NCBI GenBank assembly: GCA_964607485.1
Contig: CAZSKP010000011.1
Span: 69,727 to 127,648, forward strand
Source: an uncultured bacterium
GTDB lineage: Bacteria; Abyssobacteria; SURF-5
DNA: 57,922 nt
Direction: 5' to 3'
Shown: positions 1 to 9,816 of the stretch, one piece after another
Layout: the number at the start of each line of letters is the position of its first letter
Position numbering within the stretch: position 1 is the first letter of the stretch
Made by a program: the position numbers and the translations under genes
Notes under the pieces: model-generated
The model's input: only the letters and a program-made list of their open reading frames with translations
Told to the model about the DNA's origin: nothing
The model's database searches: none

Positions 1-1
1 C

Positions 2-721
2 GGCCGGAAGGTCGCCGAAGACATTGAGAGGAAGATGACCGTTCTCCCGGCGGACGATTCGACGACGCTCTATGTGAACGAGATCGGCCGCCGCATCTCC
101 GGGCAACACAACCCGTGGGAGGCCAATTTCAGGTTTCGGGTGATACAAGACCAGCGGATGATCAACGCGTTCGCACTTCCGGGAGGGAAGATATACATAA
201 CGACCGGACTGTTGAACAAACTCGACAACGAGGCCGAGCTTGCGTCGGTTCTGGCGCACGAGGTGGCGCACGTCTCGAAACGGCACTACGCACGCAACAT
301 GGGCCGACAGATGCTGATGTCGTGGGTGAAGAAATTCCTCGGCGGAACCGACCGTACGATGCTCGAAGCCGGCTCGTTTCTCACCACGAGCATCTCTTTT
401 CTCAAAATGCGCCAGGAAGACGAATTCGAGGCCGATTACGAGGGAACACTTTATATCTACGACCTCGACTATGACCCGGTTGCCAGCGTGACGCTCCAAA
501 AGAAGCTTCTCGACATGGAGAGGCAGATGCCCGATTTTGTCAGGTTTCTTGCCATGACGCATCCGCCCTCGCGCGAGAGGCTCGAGGCGATGATAGACCT
601 GAAAGAGACGCTCCCCGAAAAGGAAGGCCTGACCCTTGGGAGCAAACGATACACGGAGACGATAAAGCCCGAAGCGCCGGTTCGTTCTCAGCAGGACAGG
701 TATCGGGAACAGCTCTTCTGA
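2..721 (+). CDS. M48-family zinc metallopeptidase (5'-partial, runs off the window start)
   Basis: Motifs NAFALPGG, AHEVAH (HEXXH), EFEAD and THPP. The frame is open from position 2. Confidence 0.88.
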   Translation, partial: GRKVAEDIERKMTVLPADDSTTLYVNEIGRRISGQHNPWEANFRFRVIQDQRMINAFALPGGKIYITTGLLNKLDNEAELASVLAHEVAHVSKRHYARNMGRQMLMSWVKKFLGGTDRTMLEAGSFLTTSISFLKMRQEDEFEADYEGTLYIYDLDYDPVASVTLQKKLLDMERQMPDFVRFLAMTHPPSRERLEAMIDLKETLPEKEGLTLGSKRYTETIKPEAPVRSQQDRYREQLF

Positions 722-881
722 CACCGCCGTCTAGATGGGGTCACCCATTGCAACAGTATTCGTAATGGGATTCTGACCATATCGACATCGTTGCGCATAG
801 AGAATGTGGCAATCCAAGACCTGACACTACCGAACCTGCCTACGATCCTGGTACTTATCCTGATCTCACGGGAGGTTGAAG

Positions 882-1763
882 ATGAATCTCAACGACCTTT
901 TGCTCGGCAAAGGTATCGACCCAAAGCAGGTTCTTGTGCTTCGCCATCGGCCTTGGGAACCTAGACTCAACAAGGTGTTGCCCTGGCTGGCTGCGGAGAG
1001 GCCAGACTTGTTCAACGCTTACCAACAGACCCAGTCAGAAAAGCTCGAACAAGTCATGCGAAATATGTCGGACGCCGGTTACATTGTGTCATTCGTCGGT
1101 CGAGAAGCTGGCAAAGCCCTGTTCGTCGGTCTGTATTCCATAGGGAAATGGAAGCCTCTCACATACAATGAGTATTGGGATGTTCCGGCCTACAAGGAAT
1201 TGAAATCGCTGGGCATGAAGGGATTCACCGGTGAAAAACGGTCCTCCGTGCTCTGGTTCGATCTTGCGCGGACCGACTTCTACAGTTCCTGGCAAGGCAA
1301 ACTGATCGTGGGCTGGCCGCCGCCTGAACGGTCCTGGTGGCGACGAGCACATAGGAATGAGTTTCCCATCCTTGCCGTCTTGGAAAACAGCGCGCTCGAC
1401 CCCGTTATGCCGGAATGGGACTCAATCGACTTAACATGGGAAGAGCTTCGCATACTGCCGACACCATGGCGGTCTGCGCTTTCGCAGTGGCGCGGTATTT
1501 ATTACATATTCGATACATCCGACGCGAAAGGCTACGTCGGTTCTGCTTACGGCAAGAACAACATTATTGGCAGATGGCTGGATTACGCTACCCGTGGGCA
1601 CGGGGGAAATCGGTTACTTCGGCAACGTGATCCCCAAAACTTCCGATTTACCATCCTGCAGCGTGTTTCACCGGACATGGATGCCGAGGCTATTGTCCGA
1701 CTCGAAGCTTCCTGGAAGCAGCGGTTGCACACTTACAAACCATACGGTTTGAACGATAACTAA
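882..1763 (+). CDS. GIY-YIG nuclease family protein with an N-terminal extension of unknown function
   Basis: GIYYI...GYVGSA motif, then R (GRW), E (LEASW) and a terminal GLNDN. RBS GGAGG at 871-875 favours ATG 882. Lower GC than the flanks. Confidence 0.85.
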   Translation: MNLNDLLLGKGIDPKQVLVLRHRPWEPRLNKVLPWLAAERPDLFNAYQQTQSEKLEQVMRNMSDAGYIVSFVGREAGKALFVGLYSIGKWKPLTYNEYWDVPAYKELKSLGMKGFTGEKRSSVLWFDLARTDFYSSWQGKLIVGWPPPERSWWRRAHRNEFPILAVLENSALDPVMPEWDSIDLTWEELRILPTPWRSALSQWRGIYYIFDTSDAKGYVGSAYGKNNIIGRWLDYATRGHGGNRLLRQRDPQNFRFTILQRVSPDMDAEAIVRLEASWKQRLHTYKPYGLNDN

Positions 1764-1777
1764 CGCGAAAAGGATTT

Positions 1778-2509
1778 TCAGAGCTTACCGACTGCGCACA
1801 GGTAGATGGCGGTCTCGCTCACCCCGTCAACGCCAAGAAGGCGATTCACCTCGTCATCATAGAACGCCCCAACGCAACAGCAGCCGAGGCCAAGCCCCGT
1901 AGCCGCCAGATACAGGTTCTCCCCTATGTGGCCTGCATCCGTATAGATGTAGCGATAGGCGCGCTCGAGGTACTTCCATTTCCCCCTTTCAACAATCGTA
2001 GTCCAGACGAACACCACCGCCGCCTCCCGGACCATCGACTGGTCGAGCGCCGCCGCGGCTGCCTGGGCGCCCAGGTCGCCCTCCCGTATCAACTGGAGAC
2101 CCGCCTCGACCGCATCGTAATGGTACAATCCCGGCTCCAGTCCCTCGACGCGGTTGGCCACAAGGTACGTCTCGACCGGGTAAAGCGCGCCCGCTGACGG
2201 CGCACTCCGGTAGGGGTAGCCCCGGAAGACGGTCGTCGTCCCCTGCGTCGCCCACAGAAGCTGGGACAACTCGCTCATCGTCATCGGCTCGCGCTTGTAC
2301 GAACGCAGCGAGCGACGGGCTCGTATCGTCTCCCACAACGGAGGCCCGCCGGTGATCTCAGGAGGCGGAGGCTCGACGGTCTTAAGGGGATTCCTGTATA
2401 TCTTCCGTAGCGAAGGCTGGGCCCGCAAGCCGAGGCCCCGGCCGGGCAACGAGCCGCGGACGTACTTGGTCAGCCTCTGATATTCATCTCCTATTCCCTC
2501 GTATTGCAC
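1778..2509 (-). CDS. SagB/ThcOx-family nitroreductase-like FMN dehydrogenase
   Basis: RRSLRSY, RSAPSAGALYP, DAGHIGENLYLAAT and GAFYDD motifs. GTG start with an AGGAGG RBS. Confidence 0.88.
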   Translation of the reverse strand: MQYEGIGDEYQRLTKYVRGSLPGRGLGLRAQPSLRKIYRNPLKTVEPPPPEITGGPPLWETIRARRSLRSYKREPMTMSELSQLLWATQGTTTVFRGYPYRSAPSAGALYPVETYLVANRVEGLEPGLYHYDAVEAGLQLIREGDLGAQAAAAALDQSMVREAAVVFVWTTIVERGKWKYLERAYRYIYTDAGHIGENLYLAATGLGLGCCCVGAFYDDEVNRLLGVDGVSETAIYLCAVGKL

Positions 2510-2510
2510 G

Positions 2511-3404
2511 TTAACCCACCCTCCTTGCGCGTGGAGCCCTCTTTGCTCGAATGCGCCTGTATTTCCTCTGCATCAGGAGTGCGTCGGCCTCGCGGTCGGG
2601 GCTCTCGCAGACGAGCCTGCCGCGGACGGAGAAATCCTTGAGCGCCCTGAGAAGAGCGGTATAGTCGAAATCCGACTCGGCCAGGTTCAGGTGTTCGAGC
2701 TCTCCCCTCCTGCCGAAACGAATGCCCGACGCGTGTATGTGCATGTCCTCCAACGCGGGCATACCGAGCGCCAACCCGACCTTGTCCAGCGCCGCGGCGA
2801 ACTCGTCGTACGTGTTCATCCCGCCCTCGTATGCGTGCAGATGCGCAAAATCAACGCACGGCAGCACGCCCTCAAGCTCGGCGCTCAGCGCGAGCACTTC
2901 CTCGATGTGGCCGAACTGCGATGGCTTGCCCGTCGTTTCAGGCCTCAACTGTATTTCGATACCCTCCGCCTTGCATTCCCGGACGACTTCGGCGAGATGC
3001 TTCTTTACCCTGCGGAACGCCGCTGTCGGGGACTCGCCCATGTAGAAACCCGGATGGAATGCGACACTGCGTGCGCCGCACAGCGCGCCGATGCGGGCGG
3101 CATCGAGCAGGCGCTTTTTCGATGCGTTGACGATTTCGGAGTCGCGCGAGTTGAGGTTGATGTAGTATGGGGCATGAACCGAGAGTGAGACGCCGAGGCG
3201 TGAGGCCGCAGCCCTCACCCGGGCCGCCTTCTGTTCGCCCATCGAGACGCCCCGGACGAATTCGAGTTCCATGCAGTCCAGCCCGACCTGCCTGATCCTT
3301 ACTATGCCGGCCTCACTGTCGCGTCTGGCCGCTCGCTTGGGCACGCCCGCCGGGCCGAACAGGAGAGAGGAAGCGGGGCCCCTATCCTCGGTACGCTTTT
3401 TCAC
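2511..3404 (-). CDS. nfo: Endonuclease IV (AP endonuclease, archaeal-like TIM-barrel subtype)
   Basis: FGPAG, HAPYYINL, FHPG, ETTGK, DFAHLHA and HIHASGI metal-ligand motifs. Confidence 0.8.
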   Translation of the reverse strand: MKKRTEDRGPASSLLFGPAGVPKRAARRDSEAGIVRIRQVGLDCMELEFVRGVSMGEQKAARVRAAASRLGVSLSVHAPYYINLNSRDSEIVNASKKRLLDAARIGALCGARSVAFHPGFYMGESPTAAFRRVKKHLAEVVRECKAEGIEIQLRPETTGKPSQFGHIEEVLALSAELEGVLPCVDFAHLHAYEGGMNTYDEFAAALDKVGLALGMPALEDMHIHASGIRFGRRGELEHLNLAESDFDYTALLRALKDFSVRGRLVCESPDREADALLMQRKYRRIRAKRAPRARRVG

Positions 3405-3428
3405 TCGTTCAGTCCATGAGAGAAGCGG

Positions 3429-3857
3429 TCAGACGATCTCGACGAGCTCGATGTCGAAAGTGAGGTCCTCCCCGGCCAGAGGATGATTAGCGTCCAGAGT
3501 CACGTTCGCCTCGGAGACATCGGTCACTTTGACCACGATGGTCTGGCCGTCGGGCCGCCGCATTTGCAGTTGCTGGTCGGGCTGCGGGTCCAGATGCTCG
3601 GGGAATTGTTCCCGGCTCACCTCCACGATTAGTTCCTTGTTGTGCGGGCCATACGCTTTCTCCGCCGGCACTTCGGCAGACTTCGATTCGCCCGGACTCA
3701 TCCCGATAACCGCTTCTTCAAAGCCCGGGATTATCTGACCCTGGCCGAGCGTGAACTCCAGGGGATCGCGCTCTCGGGAGCTGTCGAAAACCGTCCCGTC
3801 CCCTAATTTCCCGGTGTAGTGAACCTTGACGGTGTCACCGCTTTTCGCCTGTGCCAT
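3429..3857 (-). CDS. slyD: FKBP-type peptidyl-prolyl cis-trans isomerase (SlyD-like, no His-rich tail)
   Basis: [20 protein letters not shown] and DANHPLAG motifs. ATG 3857 is preceded by GGAGGA. Confidence 0.9.
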   Translation of the reverse strand: MAQAKSGDTVKVHYTGKLGDGTVFDSSRERDPLEFTLGQGQIIPGFEEAVIGMSPGESKSAEVPAEKAYGPHNKELIVEVSREQFPEHLDPQPDQQLQMRRPDGQTIVVKVTDVSEANVTLDANHPLAGEDLTFDIELVEIV

Positions 3858-4051
3858 TACTTCCTCCTTTTGGGTTTGTTGGCTCGAGAATCCGGCGAAA
3901 ACGCCCCGATGCGCTTCACGCATGGGATTAATTGTCAGAAGATCGATGCGAGGAAATCGTTGAGTTCCCCTTCGGTACGGCTCATGCGAAGGGGCCGGCG
4001 TATTGCCAGTAGATTTGCCAGAATAATTTGAGCCAGCCGTTTCTTTTCTCC

Positions 4052-4080
4052 ACTATATCCGATAATCCCTTCTTTGTCCA
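4052..4080 (-). promoter_or_regulatory. Putative sigma70 promoter for slyD-nfo-nitroreductase
   Basis: TGGACA-N17-TATAGT on the minus strand. Confidence 0.5.
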
Positions 4081-4149
4081 ATCTCGACCGGACAAGGGGT
4101 GATGTGAGATTGTCCGGCAATGCACCATCTGGGAAGTGCGCGAGGGGTG

Positions 4150-4941
4150 TTATTTCCCCTGAAATTTCGGCTCCCGCTTTTCTAGAAAGGCGGAGAGCGC
4201 CTCGAACGCATCGCCCGTGGTCCTGGCGAGCCCCTGCGCGAGCGCCTCGTACTCGAGCACCGCGTCGATGCCGCTCTCGATGCCACGGTGGATGCCCTGC
4301 TTTGCCAGGGCGATCGCCACAGTGGGCCCGGCGGCCATCTGCCGTGCAAATTTCAAAGCCTCGGGCACGAGCTTGTCGAGCGGGAACACGCGGTTAGCGA
4401 TCCCCAGCTTCAACGCTTCGTCACCCGAAACCTTTTCCCCGGTGAAGACGAGCTCCTTCGCCTTCGCGAGTCCGACATAGCGGGGGAGCAGGTACAGGCC
4501 CCCGAAGTCGGGTACCAGCCCGCGCTTGACGAATATCTCCGACAAGTACGCCTCGTGAGCCATGTATATGATGTCGCAGGCGAGCGCGACATTGCAACCG
4601 GCGCCCACCGCCGGCCCGTTGACGGCGGCGATGACCGGCTTCTCAAGCCGCATGATCCTGAGGATGAGCTCGTTGACACGGCGGAGATAGCTCTTGAAAG
4701 AGGCGGGCTCGGCGGCCTCGGCCTCGGTGAAGAGCGACTTCAGGTCGGCGCCGGAGCAGAACCCTCGGCCCGCGCCCGTGATGACCACCGCGCGCACGGA
4801 CGTGTCGGCTCCCAATTCATCGAAAACATTGTTAAGGTCGTCCATCATGTCCCTGTTCATGGCGTTGAGGACCTTGGGGCGATTGAGCGTGATCGTTGCG
4901 ACCGCCTCGGAGACTTCGCGCTTCAGCGATTTGTATGTCAT
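4150..4941 (-). CDS. Enoyl-CoA hydratase/isomerase family protein
   Basis: FCSGADL, AVNGPAVGAG, GLVPDFGG and C-terminal AFLEKREPKF crotonase motifs. Confidence 0.92.
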   Translation of the reverse strand: MTYKSLKREVSEAVATITLNRPKVLNAMNRDMMDDLNNVFDELGADTSVRAVVITGAGRGFCSGADLKSLFTEAEAAEPASFKSYLRRVNELILRIMRLEKPVIAAVNGPAVGAGCNVALACDIIYMAHEAYLSEIFVKRGLVPDFGGLYLLPRYVGLAKAKELVFTGEKVSGDEALKLGIANRVFPLDKLVPEALKFARQMAAGPTVAIALAKQGIHRGIESGIDAVLEYEALAQGLARTTGDAFEALSAFLEKREPKFQGK

Positions 4942-5067
4942 TTCTCCTCCACTGTTCGCTTTCCTTGACCCAGGCCTGCCCTTGGAACCGCGTATGGCCG
5001 TTGACGGAACAAAGTCGTGTCAGATAATAACAAATCGGACGGGAGTTTGCAAAGGGACGGGGGCGCA

Positions 5068-5107
5068 CAAACAAAAAGCCGGGGCGCCGCGAGAGAGACG
5101 CCCCGGC
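5068..5107 (-). terminator. Intrinsic terminator of trpB2
   Basis: Stem GCCGGGGCG/CGCCCCGGC (5078-5086 and 5099-5107) followed by a U-tract on the minus strand, just after the stop codon. Confidence 0.8.
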
Positions 5108-5118
5108 GCTTGTCAACG

Positions 5119-6474
5119 TTATACCTGAGGCAAGCACTTCAGCGCTGCTTCGATCTCGTGCTGCGGATATTCGTAATCCTCGAGTTTGCCCGCCAGGTAG
5201 GCGTCGTAGGCGGCCATGTCGAAGTAGCCGTGGCCGCTGAAGTTGAACAGGATCGTCTTCTTCTCGCCGGTCTTCTTGCACTCCCTCGCGACATCCATGG
5301 CCGACGAAACCGCGTGGGCCGTTTCCGGCGCGGGAACCGTGCCCTCGGCCTGGGCGAACAGCATCGCGTTCTTGAACACCTCGTTCTGATGATACGCGAT
5401 GGCGTCCATGCAGCCCTCTTTGCAAAGCAGGCTGATGATGCCCGCCATTCCGTGATATCTCAGCCCGCCCGCGTGGATTGCCGGGGGAATGAAGATATGG
5501 CCGAGCGTGTGCTGTTTCAGAAGCGGCGTCATCTTCGCGGTGTCGCCGTGGTCGTAGGCGTATTTCCCCTTGGTGACGGTCGGACACGCCTCGGGCTCGA
5601 CGGCGATAAACTTGATATCCTTTCCGTCCTTGAGCTTGTCCCGCATGAACGGAAGCGCCAGGCCCGCATAGTTGCTCCCGCCGCCGATGCATCCGATGAC
5701 GTAGTCGGGATATACGCCCGCGAGCTTCATTTGCTTTTTGGCTTCCTGTCCGACGACCGTCTGATGAAGCAGCACGTGGTTGAGCACGCTCCCGAGCGAA
5801 TACTTCGTGTCCTTCGAGGTGACGCAATCCTCCATCGCCTCGCTGATGGCGATGCCGAGCGAGCCGTTGCAGTTGGGGTCGTCCTTCAAGACCTGCTGGC
5901 CGAATTTGGTCAGCTTGCTCGGGCTGGGGATGACCTCGGCCCCGAACACCTGCATGAGCGAGCGTCTGTATGGCTTCTGCTGATAGCTCACCTTCACCAT
6001 GTACACGCGGCAGGTGATGTCGAACATCTTGCACGCGATCGAGAGCGCACTGCCCCATTGGCCCGCGCCCGTCTCGGTCGTGATGCGCTTGGTTCCTTCC
6101 TTCTTGTTGTAGAACGCCTGCGCGACCGAAGTGTTGAGCTTGTGGCTGCCCGACGGGCTGACGCTCTCATCCTTATAGAAGATTTTTGCCGGAGTGTCGA
6201 GCATCTGCTCCAGTCTGAGCGCACGCCTGAGCGGCGTCGGCCTCCACAGAGTGTATAAGTCGAGGATTTCGGGCGGGATGGGGATCTCGCCCTGTGAGGA
6301 TACCTCCTGCTCTATCAGTCCCATCGGGAACAACGCGGCGAGCGCGTCCGGGCCTATCGGCTGCTTGGTGGCCGGGTTCAGCGGCGGGTCCAGCGGCCGG
6401 GGCAGGTCGGGCAGGATGTTGTACCAAGCCTTTGGCAGGTCCTTCGCTCCAAGCATAAATCTGATCTCTTCCAT
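5119..6474 (-). CDS. trpB2: TrpB-like PLP enzyme (tryptophan synthase beta type 2)
   Basis: SGSHKLN (PLP lysine), TETGAGQWG, GGGSN, HAGGLRYHG and FNFSGHG. ATG 6474 has a GAAGGAG RBS. Confidence 0.93.
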   Translation of the reverse strand: MEEIRFMLGAKDLPKAWYNILPDLPRPLDPPLNPATKQPIGPDALAALFPMGLIEQEVSSQGEIPIPPEILDLYTLWRPTPLRRALRLEQMLDTPAKIFYKDESVSPSGSHKLNTSVAQAFYNKKEGTKRITTETGAGQWGSALSIACKMFDITCRVYMVKVSYQQKPYRRSLMQVFGAEVIPSPSKLTKFGQQVLKDDPNCNGSLGIAISEAMEDCVTSKDTKYSLGSVLNHVLLHQTVVGQEAKKQMKLAGVYPDYVIGCIGGGSNYAGLALPFMRDKLKDGKDIKFIAVEPEACPTVTKGKYAYDHGDTAKMTPLLKQHTLGHIFIPPAIHAGGLRYHGMAGIISLLCKEGCMDAIAYHQNEVFKNAMLFAQAEGTVPAPETAHAVSSAMDVARECKKTGEKKTILFNFSGHGYFDMAAYDAYLAGKLEDYEYPQHEIEAALKCLPQV

Positions 6475-6627
6475 AATGATTACTCCTTCTCGACGGATAC
6501 TTTCCGGAAATACTTGCGCAATGATACACGAAACGTGGTGAATTCGCAAGTGAAAACTGGGGAAAGGGCGGCCAGAAATGGAGATTCAAGGCCCTATTCG
6601 TCCTTAACTTACAACCTTAGAAAAAAT

Positions 6628-6667
6628 TGATTTTATGCTTGAAATCATAAAAAGTTTCTGCTAGCAT
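6628..6667 (+). promoter_or_regulatory. Putative promoter with an overlapping inverted-repeat operator
   Basis: TTGAAA-N17-TAGCAT. The dyads TTTTATG-N8-CATAAAA (6631-6652) and TGATTT-N8-AAATCA (6628-6647) overlap the -35. Confidence 0.4.
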
Positions 6668-6738
6668 GTGCAACATTCGGGCGTCGGTCTCAGGTGTTCG
6701 TCCGAAGGGAGACAATGGGAGAAAGGGAGGAGCACGCA

Positions 6739-7680
6739 ATGAAGAAACTCACCGTCATCATTCTATCGCTCGCGCTCATCTGCCTCGCGGCGCCGGCTCA
6801 AGCTTTCAATGAACCCCTCGGCCTCAATCTGGGGTTCACAAACTTCCTCGACGGCGCATCGCCCGGCCCCGGTTGGTACCTGACGGAATACTTTCAAATG
6901 ATCCACTCAGCGGATCTCGTTGGCCCCAACGGGAACACCCTTTTCGACGACGCGAACTTGGACGCGTTCGTCAATCTGAACCAGATAATCTATCAGTCCG
7001 ACGTGAAATTTCTCGGCGGTAATCCCGGCCTCGACGTCATTATTCCGATAATTGACATCGATGTGGACCCCGGGATGGGCCCGTTTCCTTTGAGCGCTCA
7101 GGACGGATTCGGCGATGTGTACGTTGGCCCATTCATTCAGTGGGGCCCGCACATGCTTTTCGGGCGGCCGTATTTCCACCGCTTCGAACTTCAGATAATT
7201 ACACCGACGGGCGAGAACGACAGCAAGTATGTCCTCAATCCCGGCGCCGACATCTGGTCGATTGACCCATATTATGCGTTTACATATTTCATCACTCCAA
7301 AGCTCACAACGAGCTGGCGAATTCACTACCTGTGGAACTCGAAGAACAACAACTTCTCCGACCTGCTGCCCGGCGTCGATGTTCAGGCCGGCCAGGCGAT
7401 ACACCTTAACTACGCCGTCGCCTACGCGTTCACCGAGACTCTCAGGCTGGGTGTCGCCGGATATTATCTGAAGCAACTGGAAGAAGACGATTATGATGGT
7501 CCCGCGCCGCCCGGCATCGAACACAACAGCGAGGAAGAGGTCTTCGCGATAGGTCCGGGGCTGGTGTGGCACATCAGCAAGGACCTGACGATCATGGGCG
7601 CGATCAACTGGGAGACCGAGGCCGAGAACAGGCCCGAGGGCGTCCGCACGACTCTGCGATTCATCTGGAAGTTCTGGTAA
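6739..7680 (+). CDS. Outer-membrane beta-barrel channel, SphA / 'MetA-pathway of phenol degradation' family
   Basis: Signal peptide, NLGFTNFLDG, GFGD, PTG, GYYLKQ, IGPG, ENRPEG and an aromatic C-terminus. Confidence 0.8.
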   Translation: MKKLTVIILSLALICLAAPAQAFNEPLGLNLGFTNFLDGASPGPGWYLTEYFQMIHSADLVGPNGNTLFDDANLDAFVNLNQIIYQSDVKFLGGNPGLDVIIPIIDIDVDPGMGPFPLSAQDGFGDVYVGPFIQWGPHMLFGRPYFHRFELQIITPTGENDSKYVLNPGADIWSIDPYYAFTYFITPKLTTSWRIHYLWNSKNNNFSDLLPGVDVQAGQAIHLNYAVAYAFTETLRLGVAGYYLKQLEEDDYDGPAPPGIEHNSEEEVFAIGPGLVWHISKDLTIMGAINWETEAENRPEGVRTTLRFIWKFW

Positions 7681-7714
7681 TCGACAATTAAGAGGATTTG
7701 ACCGGCAATTGGTC

Positions 7715-7760
7715 GAAAGGGGCGGTGCAGGTGATTTCACCCGCCGCTCCTTTTCTGTTT
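7715..7760 (+). terminator. Intrinsic terminator after the SphA-family gene
   Basis: Imperfect hairpin AAAGGGGCGG...CCGCTCCTTT followed by a T-rich tail. Confidence 0.65.
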
Positions 7761-7918
7761 CCGCAGCCGGACTCGCGGCGATTGTTGTCAAGCTCTAGCG
7801 TGAAGCGTCAAGTAATCAAGAGCTCTCTTATGAGAACTGTGGCATCCTTGCTGGATTGCAGAGCGGATATACCAGAGATTAAGAGAAACTGGGTGTTCAC
7901 ACAGCCACGAAATTCTTA

Positions 7919-8905
7919 TCAAGATTTCCGCTGTCGCTTTGACTTTTTTCTTGGCGGCTTTTTTTTCGAAGGAATGTAATCGGCAGGCGGTTCATGAACT
8001 GAGGGAAATCCGTCCATCCACGAAAGGTTCTTGCCGATGACAAGCTCTTCCATTTTCGCGTGATGGGTGTTGGTCATTGGCATGAGCCGCATTTGAAATC
8101 CATGCCTGCGAGCCATTGCTTTCACCTCATCTGCATTGTCATACGTAATGAGAAAGTCGCCCTTCAACTTTTCACAGATTGAGAATAGCTTTTCATGGTC
8201 TAATTCGAAATGGCGGTAAAGACGTTTTCCGGCCCTTTTTCCGCCCGCCGTATAAGGCGGGTCAATGAAGAACGCCACATCGCGCGCAGATGCGAATTCC
8301 TTCAAAACGCTCAAACCGTTGACGCATCTGAATTCGATTCGATCTGCGACCAGTTCAAGATTCGTAAAGCGTTTGGCTAGAGTACGGGGATACCATCTGG
8401 AAAGAATGCCCTTTCCGTTCTCGCCGTATTTTAGGAAACCTGACCCTTCGGCCAATATTCCGCCATGAAAAGTGCGATTTTTGAGGATAGTCTGAAAAGC
8501 GCGCGCTCTCGTTGACCGGGTCTTCTTGGAAATTTCCTTAATTGCCGCTCCTTTGGTGAGTTCGAATTCGAGAATTCGCTTTGCAAGCCATTTTGCATTT
8601 CCCTCAACGATAGACTGCCAGACAGCGGCAATTTCTTCGTCCAGTTCGACCATGAGAACTCTTTCGACCAGATTTTCAAAAAGGGCGGTCAAGCTGATTA
8701 TTCCGCCGCCGGCAAAGGGTTCTACGAGCAGGCGGGGCTGCGAACTCTGGCTCTTCATCCACTCACGAAAGGTTGGCACAAACCATGTTTTGCCTCCAGG
8801 ATAGCGAAAAGGACTCCTCTGCGGGACCGATGCCACATTCACTGGCTTCGGTGAAGTAGCATCTTCAAATTCCGAAAACAAGAATGTCTGTCGAGCGTCT
8901 CGCAT
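7919..8905 (-). CDS. DNA amino-methyltransferase, Dam/D12 alpha class
   Basis: SPFRYPGGK, EPFAGGG (motif I) and FIDPPY (motif IV). ATG 8905 lies 1 nt after the endonuclease stop. Confidence 0.9.
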   Translation of the reverse strand: MRDARQTFLFSEFEDATSPKPVNVASVPQRSPFRYPGGKTWFVPTFREWMKSQSSQPRLLVEPFAGGGIISLTALFENLVERVLMVELDEEIAAVWQSIVEGNAKWLAKRILEFELTKGAAIKEISKKTRSTRARAFQTILKNRTFHGGILAEGSGFLKYGENGKGILSRWYPRTLAKRFTNLELVADRIEFRCVNGLSVLKEFASARDVAFFIDPPYTAGGKRAGKRLYRHFELDHEKLFSICEKLKGDFLITYDNADEVKAMARRHGFQMRLMPMTNTHHAKMEELVIGKNLSWMDGFPSVHEPPADYIPSKKKPPRKKSKRQRKS

Positions 8906-8906
8906 T

Positions 8907-9782
8907 TTAAAATGGCCTTTCAATGGTTTTATTATTGGGGGGCGTCTCGAGTTGCTCGTCAAGCTTTTCCTGGAGCAGCTTGATGAAATGTTTCATATTA
9001 CCTGGCGCTGGAGTTGTAATTGTGCTAAGGGAGGGGGCGAATTGAGTGAACACTTCATCCACCTTGGTCAGCACGTACCGATCTGGATCGCATTCGCTTT
9101 TTCGCAGTTCCAGGTCATAGATGAACCAAGCAATATCCGCTTGACTCTTTGAAACCCTTTTCAGCTTCGGCAGCGTTTCGAAAAACGACCTGTTCAAGGC
9201 GACACTGATTTTCTTCCCCCAATTGTTCAGAATGCCTCCCTTGAACATGAGCTGAGGCGCGAGTCTTTTCCGTGAGGAAGACAGATAGTCTGGTCGAGGG
9301 TAGTTCGGCTGACTTGACCAATCCATGGCTGCCCGCTGTGGCGGATTTTTCATATAATGTTCGAACGGTTCGCGAACGTTGCCAGAAATATAAACCGCCT
9401 GCACCTCAAGAGCGCCGAAATCATAAACCTTTCCATTCTTGTCATATGCGACGAGGACAACGTCTATATTACCGGCTGATTTGCCCTTTGCGTCATTCAG
9501 ACGCACCTCCACAAGTGAACTCCATTGCGTCCCATCAGGAAAGAAAAACGATGCCGCATCGTCTGTTATGAGCCACTCTTCGCGAAACCGAACGGGACAC
9601 GTGATTACCGGTTCGCTGTCATAGTAAATGCTGCACACACCCAAAGGGTCCTTTGCCTTATCCTTCGTACAATTTGGCACCTTGTTATTGAACGGGCAAA
9701 GTTTCTTGGCCCGATACCGTGCGGCTTTTTGGGAGGTATCGGAAATAAGATATCCAAACACTTCCGCTAGAGGCTGTTTCAT
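8907..9782 (-). CDS. NotI-family restriction endonuclease
   Basis: Cys4 motif CPF..CTK..GVCS..TCPVRF, catalytic NID..EVQ, and RPDYLSSSRKRL. Adjacent to a methyltransferase in a lower-GC block. Confidence 0.85.
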   Translation of the reverse strand: MKQPLAEVFGYLISDTSQKAARYRAKKLCPFNNKVPNCTKDKAKDPLGVCSIYYDSEPVITCPVRFREEWLITDDAASFFFPDGTQWSSLVEVRLNDAKGKSAGNIDVVLVAYDKNGKVYDFGALEVQAVYISGNVREPFEHYMKNPPQRAAMDWSSQPNYPRPDYLSSSRKRLAPQLMFKGGILNNWGKKISVALNRSFFETLPKLKRVSKSQADIAWFIYDLELRKSECDPDRYVLTKVDEVFTQFAPSLSTITTPAPGNMKHFIKLLQEKLDEQLETPPNNKTIERPF

Positions 9783-9816
9783 GCTGTTGAGTCCCCACCT
9801 TCTCCGACCCAACTAG

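Noticed and set aside
1755..1777. TAAC at the GIY-YIG stop as an integron attC site
   Set aside because: Does not fit RYYYAAC, only 14 nt are available before the next gene, and there is no matching GTTRRRY arm or integrase.
1778..2509. SagB-type oxidase as evidence of a RiPP cluster
   Set aside because: No YcaO, E1-like protein, precursor peptide or exporter nearby. Stand-alone members are common.
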